Shown piece by piece: positions 1 through 9,472 of a DNA stretch of 64,000 bases (the first letter of the stretch is position 1; every line of letters begins with the position of its first letter). A model generated the notes under the pieces. It saw only the letters and a program-made list of their open reading frames with translations, ran no database searches and was not told where the DNA came from. Origin of the DNA: a virus (lineage: Duplodnaviria; Heunggongvirae; Uroviricota; Caudoviricetes); the IMG/VR virus record IMGVR_UViG_2974625098_000001, positions 59,622 to 123,621 of that record; one strand, written 5' to 3'. A program made the translations under genes and the position numbers.

Positions 1-120
1 AAGCAGCGAACGATGGACTTCTTCAATAAGAAGTGGCCGCAGATGGCTCTGACGGATAATGATGTTGGAGACAGCGCGGGTATCGCATACTTCGCTTACC
101 ACACCTTGACCTCTAGGTAG
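1..120 (+). CDS. 3' end of a CDS truncated by the window edge
   Basis: open frame from base 1 to TAG at 118-120; no start inside window. Confidence 0.3.
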   Translation, partial: KQRTMDFFNKKWPQMALTDNDVGDSAGIAYFAYHTLTSR

Positions 121-180
121 GTCGTGAGGTACCATGAGGGGACCGGGCAACTGGTCCCCTTAAGCTTTTTAGGAGGAGAT

Positions 181-687
181 ATGATTGTTGTTGGCACAGG
201 CCATCGACCAGAAAAGATTACCGACAGAGATTGGCTCCTGGAAAACATCGGCTATGTCTACGACCTGGCTGGAGCCGAGAAGGTAATTCAGGGCTGCGCA
301 GCAGGAGCAGACCTCCTGTTTGCATATGCAGCTCACAGTATGGGTATTCCTTACGTGGCTGCCAAGCCGTGGGAGAACCACAAGTCGAGAATGGGCGGGT
401 CTTCTGGATTCAAGCATGACGATGCTGTCGTTTATGACCTGATGATTAAGCACGCGTCAGAGATTGTAAACGTCACCGGAGCTGTGGAGTATCCTGGACC
501 GTGGGCCTATTTCAAGCGCAACGAATGGATGGTTGACCAGATTACTCCCGAGACGGGAATTGTTCTGGCAGCCTGGGACGGAACCAAGAGCGGTACTCAG
601 GCGACGGTTACTTATGCTCTGGACAAGGGCATTCGTGTATTCCAGCTTGACCCACTGAACAACAAGGTGGTGGGTTGGATTGAGTAA
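181..687 (+). CDS. SLOG/DprA-like Rossmann-fold protein (YpsA/DUF1273-like)
   Basis: track ORF 124-687; RBS AGGAGGAG then ATG 181; motifs VVGTGHRP and GCAAGADLL. Confidence 0.45.
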   Translation: MIVVGTGHRPEKITDRDWLLENIGYVYDLAGAEKVIQGCAAGADLLFAYAAHSMGIPYVAAKPWENHKSRMGGSSGFKHDDAVVYDLMIKHASEIVNVTGAVEYPGPWAYFKRNEWMVDQITPETGIVLAAWDGTKSGTQATVTYALDKGIRVFQLDPLNNKVVGWIE

Positions 688-829
688 ACTGTATAACTCC
701 AAGGCATGGCTGCGTAAGCGCTACCTTGTGGACAAGAAGACTCCGCAGGAAATTGCGGACGAGTGTGGAGTTGCGATGATGACTATTTATCGTAAGCTCC
801 AGGAGCAGGGACTCATCAAAAAGCGATGA
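680..829 (+). CDS. small helix-turn-helix protein (49 aa, TTG start)
   Basis: overlaps previous stop; ...TPQEIADECGVAMMTIYRKL... HTH-like; ATGA overlap with next gene. Confidence 0.3.
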   Translation: MSKLYNSKAWLRKRYLVDKKTPQEIADECGVAMMTIYRKLQEQGLIKKR

Positions 830-1452
830 GATACACAATTTTTAGCGTGGATGATAGGCGCTCCCACTACACCACCAAGATTCGCAATAGCCTGGACTGG
901 GAGCAGGTGGCCACCGAGTGTGTGGACGGCCGGGTTAGAGAGCAGCTTGAGGCTGCACAGCAAAAGCATCCGTACCCAGTTAATTTCGATGCTAAGGTTG
1001 GTCACCTAGGAATTTGGTACACGGTGCTAAATTCTTTTGAGCACGCTCCACTGGTGACCTTCGAAGACGATGCTATGCTCGGTCCTGACTTTGTGATACA
1101 CTTCGGTTGGCGAGTGGCAGAGCTGCCAGAGGACTTCGATTTCTTCTCGCTGTTCCTGCCCAGAGATAGTGACCACATGTATAATCCTTCCCTGTCATCT
1201 GGGAACTTTACATGTCGGACCTATCAGCGCTATGGTGGAGTCTCCATGTTCTACAGCAGGCAAGGCGTGGAGAAAATTCGCCGGTTGCTTGAGCGAGACG
1301 GCTTCACGGGACAGTATGATGACACCCTATACGCATACGCCAAGTCTGGTGAGCTGAACGGATACTGTTCCAAGCCGAATTGCTCCGACCTTGTTTATAT
1401 CAGTGGGGTAGAACCCAGCATCGTTCAGGAGACAGAGAAGTATGACGGTTAG
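826..1452 (+). CDS. hypothetical protein, possibly glycosyltransferase-like (EDD motif)
   Basis: track ORF; coding-like composition; weak GT25-like resemblance only. Confidence 0.45.
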   Translation: MRYTIFSVDDRRSHYTTKIRNSLDWEQVATECVDGRVREQLEAAQQKHPYPVNFDAKVGHLGIWYTVLNSFEHAPLVTFEDDAMLGPDFVIHFGWRVAELPEDFDFFSLFLPRDSDHMYNPSLSSGNFTCRTYQRYGGVSMFYSRQGVEKIRRLLERDGFTGQYDDTLYAYAKSGELNGYCSKPNCSDLVYISGVEPSIVQETEKYDG

Positions 1453-1936
1453 AAATTTTGTATTTATCGACTGCGAGACCACGGGGCTTAACCCCAAGGA
1501 AGACAAGTTGGTCGAGCTGACTTATGCGACCAACGACAGCCATTTCCGGACGCTGTATTTTGGTGTTACCGAGGTTCCTCCGTTTATCGATGAGCTGACT
1601 AAGTTCACCGAGCGCGGGGTTGCTGATGAGCCTCACGCAAGCCTTGCACAGATTAATGACTTCCTGGAGACGCTGGACGACCAGACGATGGTCTCGGCCA
1701 ACCCCGCTTTCGACAAGGCGTTCCTGGAGGAGAATGGTCTGTGGAATGGCCACTACCGTGTGCTTGACATTGAGGCATACGCCATGGCAAAGTTGGGTCT
1801 CGACTTTGTTCCCAGCATGAAGAATATCTACGACATGCTGACGGAGCGCGGCTATAAGCTGACGACTCCGGACCACTCTTCGTACAAGGACACCAAGGCT
1901 CTCCGTGAAGCCTTCAACATTCTGAGGTATATGTAA
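1442..1936 (+). CDS. DnaQ-like DEDD 3'-5' exonuclease
   Basis: FIDCETTGL Exo I motif; later D/H acidic motifs. Confidence 0.7.
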   Translation: MTVRNFVFIDCETTGLNPKEDKLVELTYATNDSHFRTLYFGVTEVPPFIDELTKFTERGVADEPHASLAQINDFLETLDDQTMVSANPAFDKAFLEENGLWNGHYRVLDIEAYAMAKLGLDFVPSMKNIYDMLTERGYKLTTPDHSSYKDTKALREAFNILRYM

Positions 1937-1937
1937 A

Positions 1938-2492
1938 ATGAAGATTCTCGGCCTCGCAGGCTACGCAAGGTCCGGGAAGGATACGGCAGGAAACGCTCTC
2001 GAAGCAGATGGGTGGAAGCGAGTTGCTTTTGCTGATGTGCTTCGAGAGTTTGCCTATACCCTGAACCCGGTTATTCAGAGCGAGCACGGTTTTTACACTC
2101 CTCTCCAGTGGGTCATTGATGAGTACGGCTGGAACGGCTACAAGCGTACTCAGTGGGCAGAAGGCGTCCGCGACCTCCTCCAGCGGCTCGGTACCGAATG
2201 CGGACGTGAGCTTATTTCCCAGAACATCTGGGTGGACGCCACGTTTAATCGCATGGACCCTAATTTCAACTACGTCATCTCAGACATGCGCTTCCCGAAC
2301 GAGGCGTCTGCTATCCTGGCTCGTGGTGGACATCTGCTGCGTATCGAGCGACCGGGTGTTGGGCCAGCCAATGGCCATAAGTCTGAGACTGCCCTGGACG
2401 ACTGGGACCTTGACGTTATCCTCAATGACAGAACGCAGGGACAATTTGAGGTCGAGGTCCGACAGTATGTCGCCAAGTACATTTCTAGTTGA
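1938..2492 (+). CDS. deoxynucleoside monophosphate kinase
   Basis: P-loop GYARSGKDT at N-terminus; dNMP kinase family size and layout. Confidence 0.6.
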   Translation: MKILGLAGYARSGKDTAGNALEADGWKRVAFADVLREFAYTLNPVIQSEHGFYTPLQWVIDEYGWNGYKRTQWAEGVRDLLQRLGTECGRELISQNIWVDATFNRMDPNFNYVISDMRFPNEASAILARGGHLLRIERPGVGPANGHKSETALDDWDLDVILNDRTQGQFEVEVRQYVAKYISS

Positions 2493-2537
2493 CTAGAAAT
2501 AAATGGTGTTGTACAATTAGTTTTAGAAAGGGTTTTA

Positions 2538-2711
2538 ATGCCACTTTACACGTATTACTGCCAGGCTGAGGACAAGGGTCTGGAGAAGAATGCTCCTATC
2601 GCACAGCGGGATAACCAGTGGTGCGAGGAGTGCGGGAATCGCCTCATCCGAGCTATTGACGCTCCGGGCGGGGTCTATGCTCCTACTTCTGGAAAGGGCC
2701 TTGCGGTCTAA
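2538..2711 (+). CDS. small zinc-ribbon-like protein (57 aa)
   Basis: MPLYTYYCQAEDK...CEECGNRLIR; too short for the ORF track. Confidence 0.3.
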   Translation: MPLYTYYCQAEDKGLEKNAPIAQRDNQWCEECGNRLIRAIDAPGGVYAPTSGKGLAV

Positions 2712-3022
2712 TGCCTCCTCGTCAAAAGAATAAGATGGGCTCCAATCCGAATGCCTGGTGGGAGAATGCCTACCAGTCTCATCCGGATATTGTGGCCGAG
2801 TTCGAGTACCAGTTTGGGAATGACACGCTTGTTCCCGGAACCAAGTTTCGAATCAAGTACATGCGCGGTGAATTCAAGTTCCGCTGCTTTGCGAGGAACA
2901 CTCGTACGGGGGCTGAGTGGATTGACTGCCTGGAGGGAGATGCGGCTTTCCGTTCCTTCCGGGTAGACCGCATTCAGCGTGTAGTCAAGCCGAAGCGGCC
3001 ACGCCGAAAGAAGGCTTCTTAA
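2711..3022 (+). CDS. hypothetical protein with basic C-terminus
   Basis: track ORF; KPKRPRRKKAS tail. Confidence 0.5.
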   Translation: MPPRQKNKMGSNPNAWWENAYQSHPDIVAEFEYQFGNDTLVPGTKFRIKYMRGEFKFRCFARNTRTGAEWIDCLEGDAAFRSFRVDRIQRVVKPKRPRRKKAS

Positions 3023-3076
3023 ATTGTGTGGGACCGGCTCAGAAATGGGCCGGTCCTATGCGGGAAGACAAAAGCT

Positions 3077-3613
3077 ATGAGTAAGGATATAGAACTACTC
3101 GACCGAGTAGAGCAGATGAATAAGGTGGTGGAACGCTACCTCAAGGGAGAGAATCCCACAGCAATCGCTCGTGCCACCGGCATGAAGCGAGCAGACGTGC
3201 TTACCTACATTGACGAGTACAAGGAAATTGCTCGCAATGACGATGAGGTCAAGGAACGCGCACGCGAAGCTTTGCACAGTGCTGATAAGCACATGTCCAT
3301 GATTATTGAGCGAGCCTGGGAAACTGTTGAACAGGCTGACGACTCCGGGGACATTAAGACAAAGGCCACGCTTCTCAAGAACCTCGCTGATATCGAGGGC
3401 AAGCGTGTAGACATGCTGCAAAAGGCCGGGTTGTATGACGACGCCTCTCTCGGTGATGAGCTTGCCGAGATGGAAGAAAAGCAGCAGATTCTCATTTCCA
3501 TCCTCAAGGAAGTAACCAGCGATTGTGACCACTGCAAGGTAGAGGTTGCCCGTCGTCTATCCAAGGTTACGAATAAGTCCGAACCAGTTGTCATTACTGG
3601 GGAGGTGAGCTGA
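3077..3613 (+). CDS. terminase small subunit (HTH)
   Basis: ATG 3077 in frame of track ORF 3026; HTH-like NPTAIARATGMKRADVLTYI; immediately upstream of terminase large subunit. Confidence 0.5.
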   Translation: MSKDIELLDRVEQMNKVVERYLKGENPTAIARATGMKRADVLTYIDEYKEIARNDDEVKERAREALHSADKHMSMIIERAWETVEQADDSGDIKTKATLLKNLADIEGKRVDMLQKAGLYDDASLGDELAEMEEKQQILISILKEVTSDCDHCKVEVARRLSKVTNKSEPVVITGEVS

Positions 3614-3645
3614 GCCCTCTCCCTTTTGGGGGAGGGCCATTCGTC

Positions 3646-5454
3646 ATGTCCTTCGACTTTAATGAACTCCTGAATATGCTCGACGGAGAGGACTTCGATG
3701 AGAGACCCGTTTCCATCGAGACGTTCGTGCAGTCCGAAGACTATATGGGTCTTCCTGCGCTTTCAGATAATCAGTACCAGCTCATCAAGGCGTCCAGCCA
3801 GATTTACAAGCGGTCTACTCTCGTTTCCTTGTACGGGGAAGAGGAGGCCGACCGCAGGTTTGCTGAGACGATGAACGAGGTTATCTTCCAGCTAGGCAAG
3901 GGTTCGGGTAAGGGTTACACGTCGTCTATCGCGTGTGCCTACATCGTGTATCTGCTGATGTGCCTAAAGGACCCGGCCAAATATTACGGCAAGCCTCCCG
4001 GCGACCACATCGCAATTCTGAACATCGCCATTAACGCCGCACAGGCTCAGAACGTCTTCTTCAAGTATTTCAAGCAGCGTATTACCTCTAGTCCTTGGTT
4101 CGTGGGTAAGTACACCGAGAAGTCCGGCGAATTCCAGTTCGACAAGAACATTTTCGTTTACTCGGGTCACTCCGAGCGTGAGGCTTGGGAGGGTTACAAC
4201 GTTATTTTCGTAATCCTTGACGAGATTTCCGGTTTTGCTCTTGAGTCCACCTCGGGTAACGAGCAGGCAAAGACAGCTTCCGCTGTGTACAAGATGTACA
4301 AGCAGTCGGTTACGTCGCGATTCCCGGAATTCGGAAAGGTAGTTCTCCTCTCCTTCCCACGATTCAAGAACGACTTCATCCAGCAGCGTTACGCAGATGT
4401 TATTGCAGAGAAGGAAGTGCTAATTCGTAAGCACACCTTCAAGATTGTTGCAGACCTGCCTGACGGTACTGAGGGAAATGAGTTCGATATCGAGTGGGAA
4501 GAGGACCACATCATCTCGTATCGAATTCCTAAAATCTTCGCGCTCAAGCGTCCGACGTGGGAAATTAACCCGCTCATCAAGCTCGATGACCTGATGGCTG
4601 CGTTCTACGACGACCCGATTGACTCGCTCTCTCGTTTCGCGTGTATGCCACCTGACGCCATCGACGCCTTCTTCAAGGACCGCGCCAAGATTGAGACAGC
4701 TTTTTCTAAGCAGTCGTCTTTGAACGAGGACAACTCGTTCCGGGAGTCATTTGTTCCGGACCCAGAAAAGCGTTACTACGTCCACGTTGACCTTGCGCGT
4801 GTCCACGACCATGCGGCGGTTGCCCTGGCCCACGTAGAAAAGTGGGAGCAGCGCAATATCGGTGGCAAGCTCACTGAGCCAGCTCCGGTGGTTGTGGTTG
4901 ACCAGGTTCGCTACTGGACGCCATCGAAGACGAAGAACGTGGACTTTACTGAGATTCGAGAATATATCCTGAGTCTCAAGAGGCGCGGGTTCAATATTCG
5001 TCTCGTTACATTTGACCGCTGGGAGTCTGCTGACACCATGCAGTACCTCAACGAGCGTGGCATGAAGGCCGAACGACTGTCGGTAGCAAAGAAGCATTAC
5101 GAGGACTTTGCAATGGTTATCGCTGAGGAGCGAGTTACCGGCCCTCAGATTGAACTTCTGATTGAGGAGCTTTTGCAGCTTCGCATTATGAAGAACGACC
5201 GAGTTGACCACCCTCGTAAGGGTTCAAAGGACCTTTCCGACGCGGTTTGTGGAGCTATCTATAACGCTATTGCACATACGCCAAGGAATGCTGACGAGGT
5301 TATTGAGGTCAAGACGCTGGAGTCTCTAAAGAGGGAGATTCGTCGCAACGAGCTGGAAGAGGAGCCTGTGAAGAATAACAATGTCATCTCAGCTCCGAAG
5401 CGCTCGATGCCACCAGAGCTAGAGAACTTCCTGGCAAGGTTGAAGGTTCTTTGA
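3646..5454 (+). CDS. terminase large subunit (ATPase plus RNaseH-like nuclease)
   Basis: 602 aa; Walker A LGKGSGKGYT; Walker B VIFVILDE; C-terminal nuclease acidic residues. Confidence 0.9.
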   Translation: MSFDFNELLNMLDGEDFDERPVSIETFVQSEDYMGLPALSDNQYQLIKASSQIYKRSTLVSLYGEEEADRRFAETMNEVIFQLGKGSGKGYTSSIACAYIVYLLMCLKDPAKYYGKPPGDHIAILNIAINAAQAQNVFFKYFKQRITSSPWFVGKYTEKSGEFQFDKNIFVYSGHSEREAWEGYNVIFVILDEISGFALESTSGNEQAKTASAVYKMYKQSVTSRFPEFGKVVLLSFPRFKNDFIQQRYADVIAEKEVLIRKHTFKIVADLPDGTEGNEFDIEWEEDHIISYRIPKIFALKRPTWEINPLIKLDDLMAAFYDDPIDSLSRFACMPPDAIDAFFKDRAKIETAFSKQSSLNEDNSFRESFVPDPEKRYYVHVDLARVHDHAAVALAHVEKWEQRNIGGKLTEPAPVVVVDQVRYWTPSKTKNVDFTEIREYILSLKRRGFNIRLVTFDRWESADTMQYLNERGMKAERLSVAKKHYEDFAMVIAEERVTGPQIELLIEELLQLRIMKNDRVDHPRKGSKDLSDAVCGAIYNAIAHTPRNADEVIEVKTLESLKREIRRNELEEEPVKNNNVISAPKRSMPPELENFLARLKVL

Positions 5455-5524
5455 GACAGGGGGGTTGACAAGCCCCCGTCTCTCTGGTTAGACTATCTTT
5501 TAAGAAAGAAGAAAAAACAAAGAG

Positions 5525-5770
5525 ATGAATATTAACCTTATTAAGAAGGATGAAGGAATATGTGAGTGTGTAGGTAAGCATATTCCTCTACCTCACAAGC
5601 TGTTCAGGGTCGTAGAGGGAGACGTGACGGTGGAAATCTGTCCCAACGCTCTCATGAACCTGCTAAGCTTGATGGAAGAACACCAGAAGCACGGTGGCAA
5701 TCCGCCGGGTTCTGTGCGAAAGCATTACTCAGAGTTTATCCATGATATCTACTCCCTGCTATACTTGTAG
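5525..5770 (+). CDS. hypothetical protein (low-GC islet)
   Basis: track ORF; AT-rich upstream region. Confidence 0.4.
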   Translation: MNINLIKKDEGICECVGKHIPLPHKLFRVVEGDVTVEICPNALMNLLSLMEEHQKHGGNPPGSVRKHYSEFIHDIYSLLYL

Positions 5771-5787
5771 TAAGGAGGTAGTTATAT

Positions 5788-6495
5788 ATGACTCGTGTTC
5801 TAAACCGTCTTGTCCAGTTCGATGAGCGAAGCAAGGCGTATCGTGCCGTTGAAGGCATTGAAACTAAGCCACTCAGGTCTTACTCTTGGCGTTGTAACGC
5901 TTGGAACGACCAGGGCAAGGAAGGCGCTTGTGTAGGATTCGCCTGGTCACATGAGCTAGCCGCAAGGCCATCAGAGTACCCAGCAGATGCTACAGTAGCT
6001 CTAAATATTTATCACCGAGCTAAGCAGCTTGACGAGTTCCCCGGCGAGAGTTACGATGGAACAAGCGTCCTCGCAGGAGCCAAGGCGTGCCAGGAACTAA
6101 TCGGTTCTCACGGCAAGCCACTGATTGGTGAGTACCGCTGGGCCTTCGGCATCGAAGACCTTCTACGTTCTCTTGCCTACAAGGGTCCTGCTGTGCTAGG
6201 AATTAACTGGCACGAAGGAATGTGGAAGCCAGACGCCAACGGCTTTATTCACCCAACGGGTAGCGTTGTTGGTGGTCACGCTATTTTGGCGCGGGCTGTC
6301 CGAATCGTATGGCGTAACGGCCATGGCCCTGCTAACATGGATAACGTAGACGTTCAGAAGTCCTATGTCACTCTAAGGAATTCCTGGGGTAGGGACTGGG
6401 GCCTAGGCGGCGATTGCCGAATCTCGGTTCTAGAGCTTAATGCACTGCTTCGCGAACAGGGTGAAGCTTGCATTCCAGTTGTTCGTTCCACGTAA
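5788..6495 (+). CDS. papain-like (C1 family) cysteine peptidase
   Basis: QGKEGACVGFAW (Cys), VVGGHAI (His), NSWG (Asn-Ser-Trp) in canonical order; strong RBS TAAGGAGG. Confidence 0.7.
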   Translation: MTRVLNRLVQFDERSKAYRAVEGIETKPLRSYSWRCNAWNDQGKEGACVGFAWSHELAARPSEYPADATVALNIYHRAKQLDEFPGESYDGTSVLAGAKACQELIGSHGKPLIGEYRWAFGIEDLLRSLAYKGPAVLGINWHEGMWKPDANGFIHPTGSVVGGHAILARAVRIVWRNGHGPANMDNVDVQKSYVTLRNSWGRDWGLGGDCRISVLELNALLREQGEACIPVVRST

Positions 6496-6504
6496 GGAGA
6501 AGTA

Positions 6505-6765
6505 ATGTCCACTGCTGATGAGCGTTATGAGCTGGCTCGTAGCGCGACCGACAAGATGGTTGACCTGGCTGAGACGTTCAACCAGATTGGCATTTACGGT
6601 GAGGACGAGTTCAAGGCGGCGGCTACGCTGCTGATGTCTCTTTCTCGTGCCATGACCATCCTTGACCCTGATAAGGCCAAGGAGTACCGTGAAAGCGTTC
6701 TTGCTCAGCACGGTCTTGGCAAGGCACCTGGCGGTATTGATTTTGCAGGTGGCCAGTACCTCTGA
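6505..6765 (+). CDS. hypothetical protein
   Basis: track ORF; RBS AAGGAGAAG. Confidence 0.5.
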   Translation: MSTADERYELARSATDKMVDLAETFNQIGIYGEDEFKAAATLLMSLSRAMTILDPDKAKEYRESVLAQHGLGKAPGGIDFAGGQYL

Positions 6766-6831
6766 GTTGACACGGCTCAGAATAATGTGTTAGTATTAAA
6801 GAGTTGGAGCCGCTCTCAATAATGGCTCTAT

Positions 6832-6903
6832 CGGGTACGAGGAAGACGGTAATCCGCTAGTTTTGGGAACTAGAGACACTGGGTTCGACCCCCAGGTACC
6901 CGA
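6832..6903 (+). pseudogene. degenerate tRNA-Pro(TGG)-like copy immediately upstream of intact tRNA-Pro
   Basis: acceptor CGGGTAC/GTACCCG; anticodon arm CTAGT-TTTGGGA-ACTAG; T arm CTGGG-TTCGACC-CCCAG; D stem poor. Confidence 0.3.
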
Positions 6904-6904
6904 C

Positions 6905-6979
6905 CGGGATGTAGCTCAGCTTGGTCAGAGCGCTGCATTTGGGATGCAGAAGTCGAAGGTTCGAATCCTTTCATCCCGA
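6905..6979 (+). tRNA. tRNA-Pro(TGG)
   Basis: acceptor CGGGATG/CATCCCG; D arm GCTC-AGCTTGGTCA-GAGC; anticodon loop TTTGGGA; T loop TTCGAAT. Confidence 0.7.
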
Positions 6980-7025
6980 CTCCAAGGGAGCTGTTATTAA
7001 CTAACAGCTCCCTATTTTTATATCC

Positions 7026-7589
7026 ATGGCAGGGAGAGTGATACCCGTGTCTGTACGGGAAGGAAAACAAGGGAGGGACAGGTCACCATCTCGGCAAGAT
7101 ACAATTAAGAGGCTGAGAGAAATATGGGGGCCAGATTGCTTCCTATGCGGAAATCCGTTCGCAAGCGATTCAGATATCACCATCGAGCACTGGTTTCCAC
7201 AGGCCGAGGGCAAGAGGCGTGGTTGGTCTTATGACAAGATTAACCACATTGACAATTTGAGGCTTGCGCACAAGCCATGCAACTCGGCCAAGGGTGATAT
7301 CGTTCCTAACGAGGACGGAACCCTTCCCGAGCGACAGGTGAAGCAAAGGGTTATCAGGACTCCACGGCCAGACCGTTGTGAGACCTGTGAAAACGGCCGG
7401 TTGCTTCTGATTAACGAGCTGTGCGATGATTGTGGTTCAGGACCACAGCCTAAGTCAGCTCCCAAGGCGACACAAAAGACGCCAAAGGAATGTAGCCACT
7501 CAGGTGTTGACCACTGCTGGATGTGCTTCATTGGTCACGTACCAAGGAAGTCTGCACTAGAAGTGATTATCACAGGAGAAAGTTCCTGA
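7026..7589 (+). CDS. HNH endonuclease
   Basis: IEHWFPQ ... NLRLAHKPCNSAKG HNH motif plus CxxC pairs. Confidence 0.7.
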   Translation: MAGRVIPVSVREGKQGRDRSPSRQDTIKRLREIWGPDCFLCGNPFASDSDITIEHWFPQAEGKRRGWSYDKINHIDNLRLAHKPCNSAKGDIVPNEDGTLPERQVKQRVIRTPRPDRCETCENGRLLLINELCDDCGSGPQPKSAPKATQKTPKECSHSGVDHCWMCFIGHVPRKSALEVIITGESS

Positions 7590-7653
7590 GATTTTTGAGG
7601 GGGTTTCGTAATGTCTACGGAGCCCCTTCAAGCTTTCCTACGATGGAGGTAAC

Positions 7654-8079
7654 ATGGGTTACTACTCTGACTACGAGCTGGAGCTTAGGGGCAAGGGACC
7701 TATCTACAACCGGCTCAAGGATAATGCGCACAACATCGACGCGGCGGGTGTGTATAATCGTTCCCTAGAGGAGCTGATTAACGATGGTCTCTACGAGGTC
7801 AAGTGGTATTCTCATGCCGAGGATATTGCGGCTATCTCGAAGGACTGGCCCAACGTGATGTTTGTTCTCTCTGCTGTTGGCGAGGACAACGAGCGCTGGC
7901 GGGTGTATGCCATGAATGGTAAGCACCAGAAGGTCAACGGTCGCACGGTCTACGATGACCCGGACATGTCTCAGTTCGATTATCTTGACGAGGCAGAGAT
8001 TCAGGCCAAGGAGGAGCGTAAGGCAGAGCTGAAAGCGATGCTCAAGAAGGTACAAGACGAACTTGACAGCCTTGGCTAA
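7654..8079 (+). CDS. hypothetical protein
   Basis: track ORF; coding-like. Confidence 0.5.
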   Translation: MGYYSDYELELRGKGPIYNRLKDNAHNIDAAGVYNRSLEELINDGLYEVKWYSHAEDIAAISKDWPNVMFVLSAVGEDNERWRVYAMNGKHQKVNGRTVYDDPDMSQFDYLDEAEIQAKEERKAELKAMLKKVQDELDSLG

Positions 8080-8122
8080 CTACGATATATTTAATACATA
8101 AGCACACGGGCTTCGGCCCTAT

Positions 8123-8197
8123 TGCCCACTAGCACAATTTGGCAGTTGCGCTCGGCTCTGACCCGAGAGGTTCTAGGTTCGAATCCTAGGTGGGCAG
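8123..8197 (+). tRNA. tRNA-Gln(CTG)
   Basis: acceptor TGCCCAC/GTGGGCA; anticodon arm CTCGG-CTCTGAC-CCGAG; T arm CTAGG-TTCGAAT-CCTAG. Confidence 0.55.
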
Positions 8198-8209
8198 CTC
8201 GTAACACTT

Positions 8210-8280
8210 ATCCGCTTCGTATAATGGTAGTACAAGAGATTCCAAACCTCTTAGCGTGGGTTCGATTCCTACAGCGGGTG
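8210..8280 (+). tRNA. tRNA-Trp(CCA)
   Basis: acceptor ATCCGCT/AGCGGGT; D arm GTAT-AATGGTA-GTAC; anticodon loop TTCCAAA; T arm GTGGG-TTCGATT-CCTAC. Confidence 0.5.
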
Positions 8281-8307
8281 CTCGACTTCCAGTCAAGGAG
8301 GTAATAA

Positions 8308-8391
8308 TATGAAGGCTCTAGTGAAGTGGTTCGTCGCTTCTAAGCTTTTCGAAAAGCTACTTGCCAAGTGGCGCAGCCGCAAGGTAAGATA
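8308..8391 (+). CDS. 27-aa peptide ORF with strong RBS
   Basis: CAAGGAGGTAATAAT then ATG; MKALVKWFVASKLFEKLLAKWRSRKVR. Confidence 0.25.
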
Positions 8392-8422
8392 AGAATATGG
8401 CTGGCAACCTACTGCCAACCAA

Positions 8423-8495
8423 TGGGGTATAGCTCAGGTGGTTAGAGCGCTTCGCTGATAACGAAGAAGTCGGGGGTTCAACTCCCTCTGCCCCA
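8423..8495 (+). tRNA. tRNA-Ile(GAT)
   Basis: acceptor TGGGGTA/TGCCCCA; D arm GCTC-AGGTGGTTA-GAGC; anticodon loop CTGATAA; T loop TTCAACT. Confidence 0.7.
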
Positions 8496-8500
8496 ACTCT

Positions 8501-8587
8501 GGAAGTGTGGCCGAGTCCGGTTTATGGCGCTAGTCTTGAAAACTAGAGTGGGTAACACCACCGGGGGTTCGAATCCCTCCGCTTCCG
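8501..8587 (+). tRNA. tRNA-Ser(TGA), class II long variable arm
   Basis: acceptor GGAAGTG/CGCTTCC; anticodon loop CTTGAAA; variable arm GTGGGTAACACCACC; T loop TTCGAAT. Confidence 0.7.
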
Positions 8588-8597
8588 CTCCAAACAT

Positions 8598-8671
8598 GCT
8601 CGTGTGGTGTAACGGTGTGCACAATTCCCTGTCAAGGAATAGGCAGCGGGTTCAACTCCCGTCACGAGCGC
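8598..8671 (+). tRNA. tRNA-Asp(GTC)
   Basis: acceptor GCTCGTG/CACGAGC; anticodon arm ATTCC-CTGTCAA-GGAAT; T loop TTCAACT. Confidence 0.7.
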
Positions 8672-8704
8672 TTTACGCTGTTGTAGTCTAGACTAAGGAA
8701 TAAC

Positions 8705-8908
8705 ATGGCCCGAGTGAAGAAGTTCGACCTCAAGCCTCTGGACAAGGACAACCATTTTTCGGCGGTTGTGAACGGTAAGTTTCGCGGCCTGGTTGAGAAG
8801 TCTGGACGGTCGAATTACGCTCTGATGCTGGGTAAGAAGAACCTGATTAACTTCACCAGCAAGAAGTCCCTTGAAGACTGGCTGCTTGCTAAGTGGCCTA
8901 ACAAGTAA
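8705..8908 (+). CDS. hypothetical protein
   Basis: track ORF; RBS AAGGAATAACATG. Confidence 0.5.
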   Translation: MARVKKFDLKPLDKDNHFSAVVNGKFRGLVEKSGRSNYALMLGKKNLINFTSKKSLEDWLLAKWPNK

Positions 8909-8943
8909 ATATCGCGATAACTGAATAATAAGAGAATAACCTA

Positions 8944-8971
8944 AGCCCCTAAGAAATTAGGGGCTTTTCTT
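8944..8971 (+). terminator. rho-independent terminator
   Basis: AGCCCCT-AAGAAAT-TAGGGGCT followed by TTTTCTT. Confidence 0.6.
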
Positions 8972-9235
8972 ATGGACCAAATCGTGAAAGGGATAAGCCG
9001 TGGAGCGCGAGCGCAAGCCTGAGATTGCTGTGAACCTCGTTCGCAAGAGCAACGAGGAGTATTACCGGATTGTCGATGACCAGGAGATGTTCCTGCTCAA
9101 GGCTCGTGGCAACGTCCACTTCGAGAAGGCACGCTTCGACAAGGGCCGTGTGGGCTCTTTCTACGTCGAGATGTAATTTCTCGGCCGGGTTTCGGCCCGG
9201 CAAGCTTTATTGTCCCCACTCATAAGGAGCCAGAC

Positions 9236-9472
9236 ATGGCTGAGGGTTGGAAGAAGAGGATGTATGAGTCCCTGGCAGAGATGCTGAGGGAGGAGCACAA
9301 CCTTGACGCGGTGGAAGTCACCGAATTTGAGGACTACACCGAATATGGCGGGTACTGTGAGACCTGCTACTATGAGGACACGAGGTGCAAGATTTCCTAC
9401 GTGGACTCCCAGGGGGAGACTCAGACCTACAATTATTACGGGTCGTTTGCGGAGCTGGTCGGCTCCATGTAG
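9236..9472 (+). CDS. hypothetical acidic protein
   Basis: track ORF; RBS ATAAGGAGCC; preceded by hairpin-AAGCTT element. Confidence 0.55.
   Translation: MAEGWKKRMYESLAEMLREEHNLDAVEVTEFEDYTEYGGYCETCYYEDTRCKISYVDSQGETQTYNYYGSFAELVGSM

Noticed and set aside
6870-7213. Minus-strand ORFs 6870-7070 and 7001-7213
   Set aside because: They overlap tRNA-Pro and the HNH endonuclease gene.
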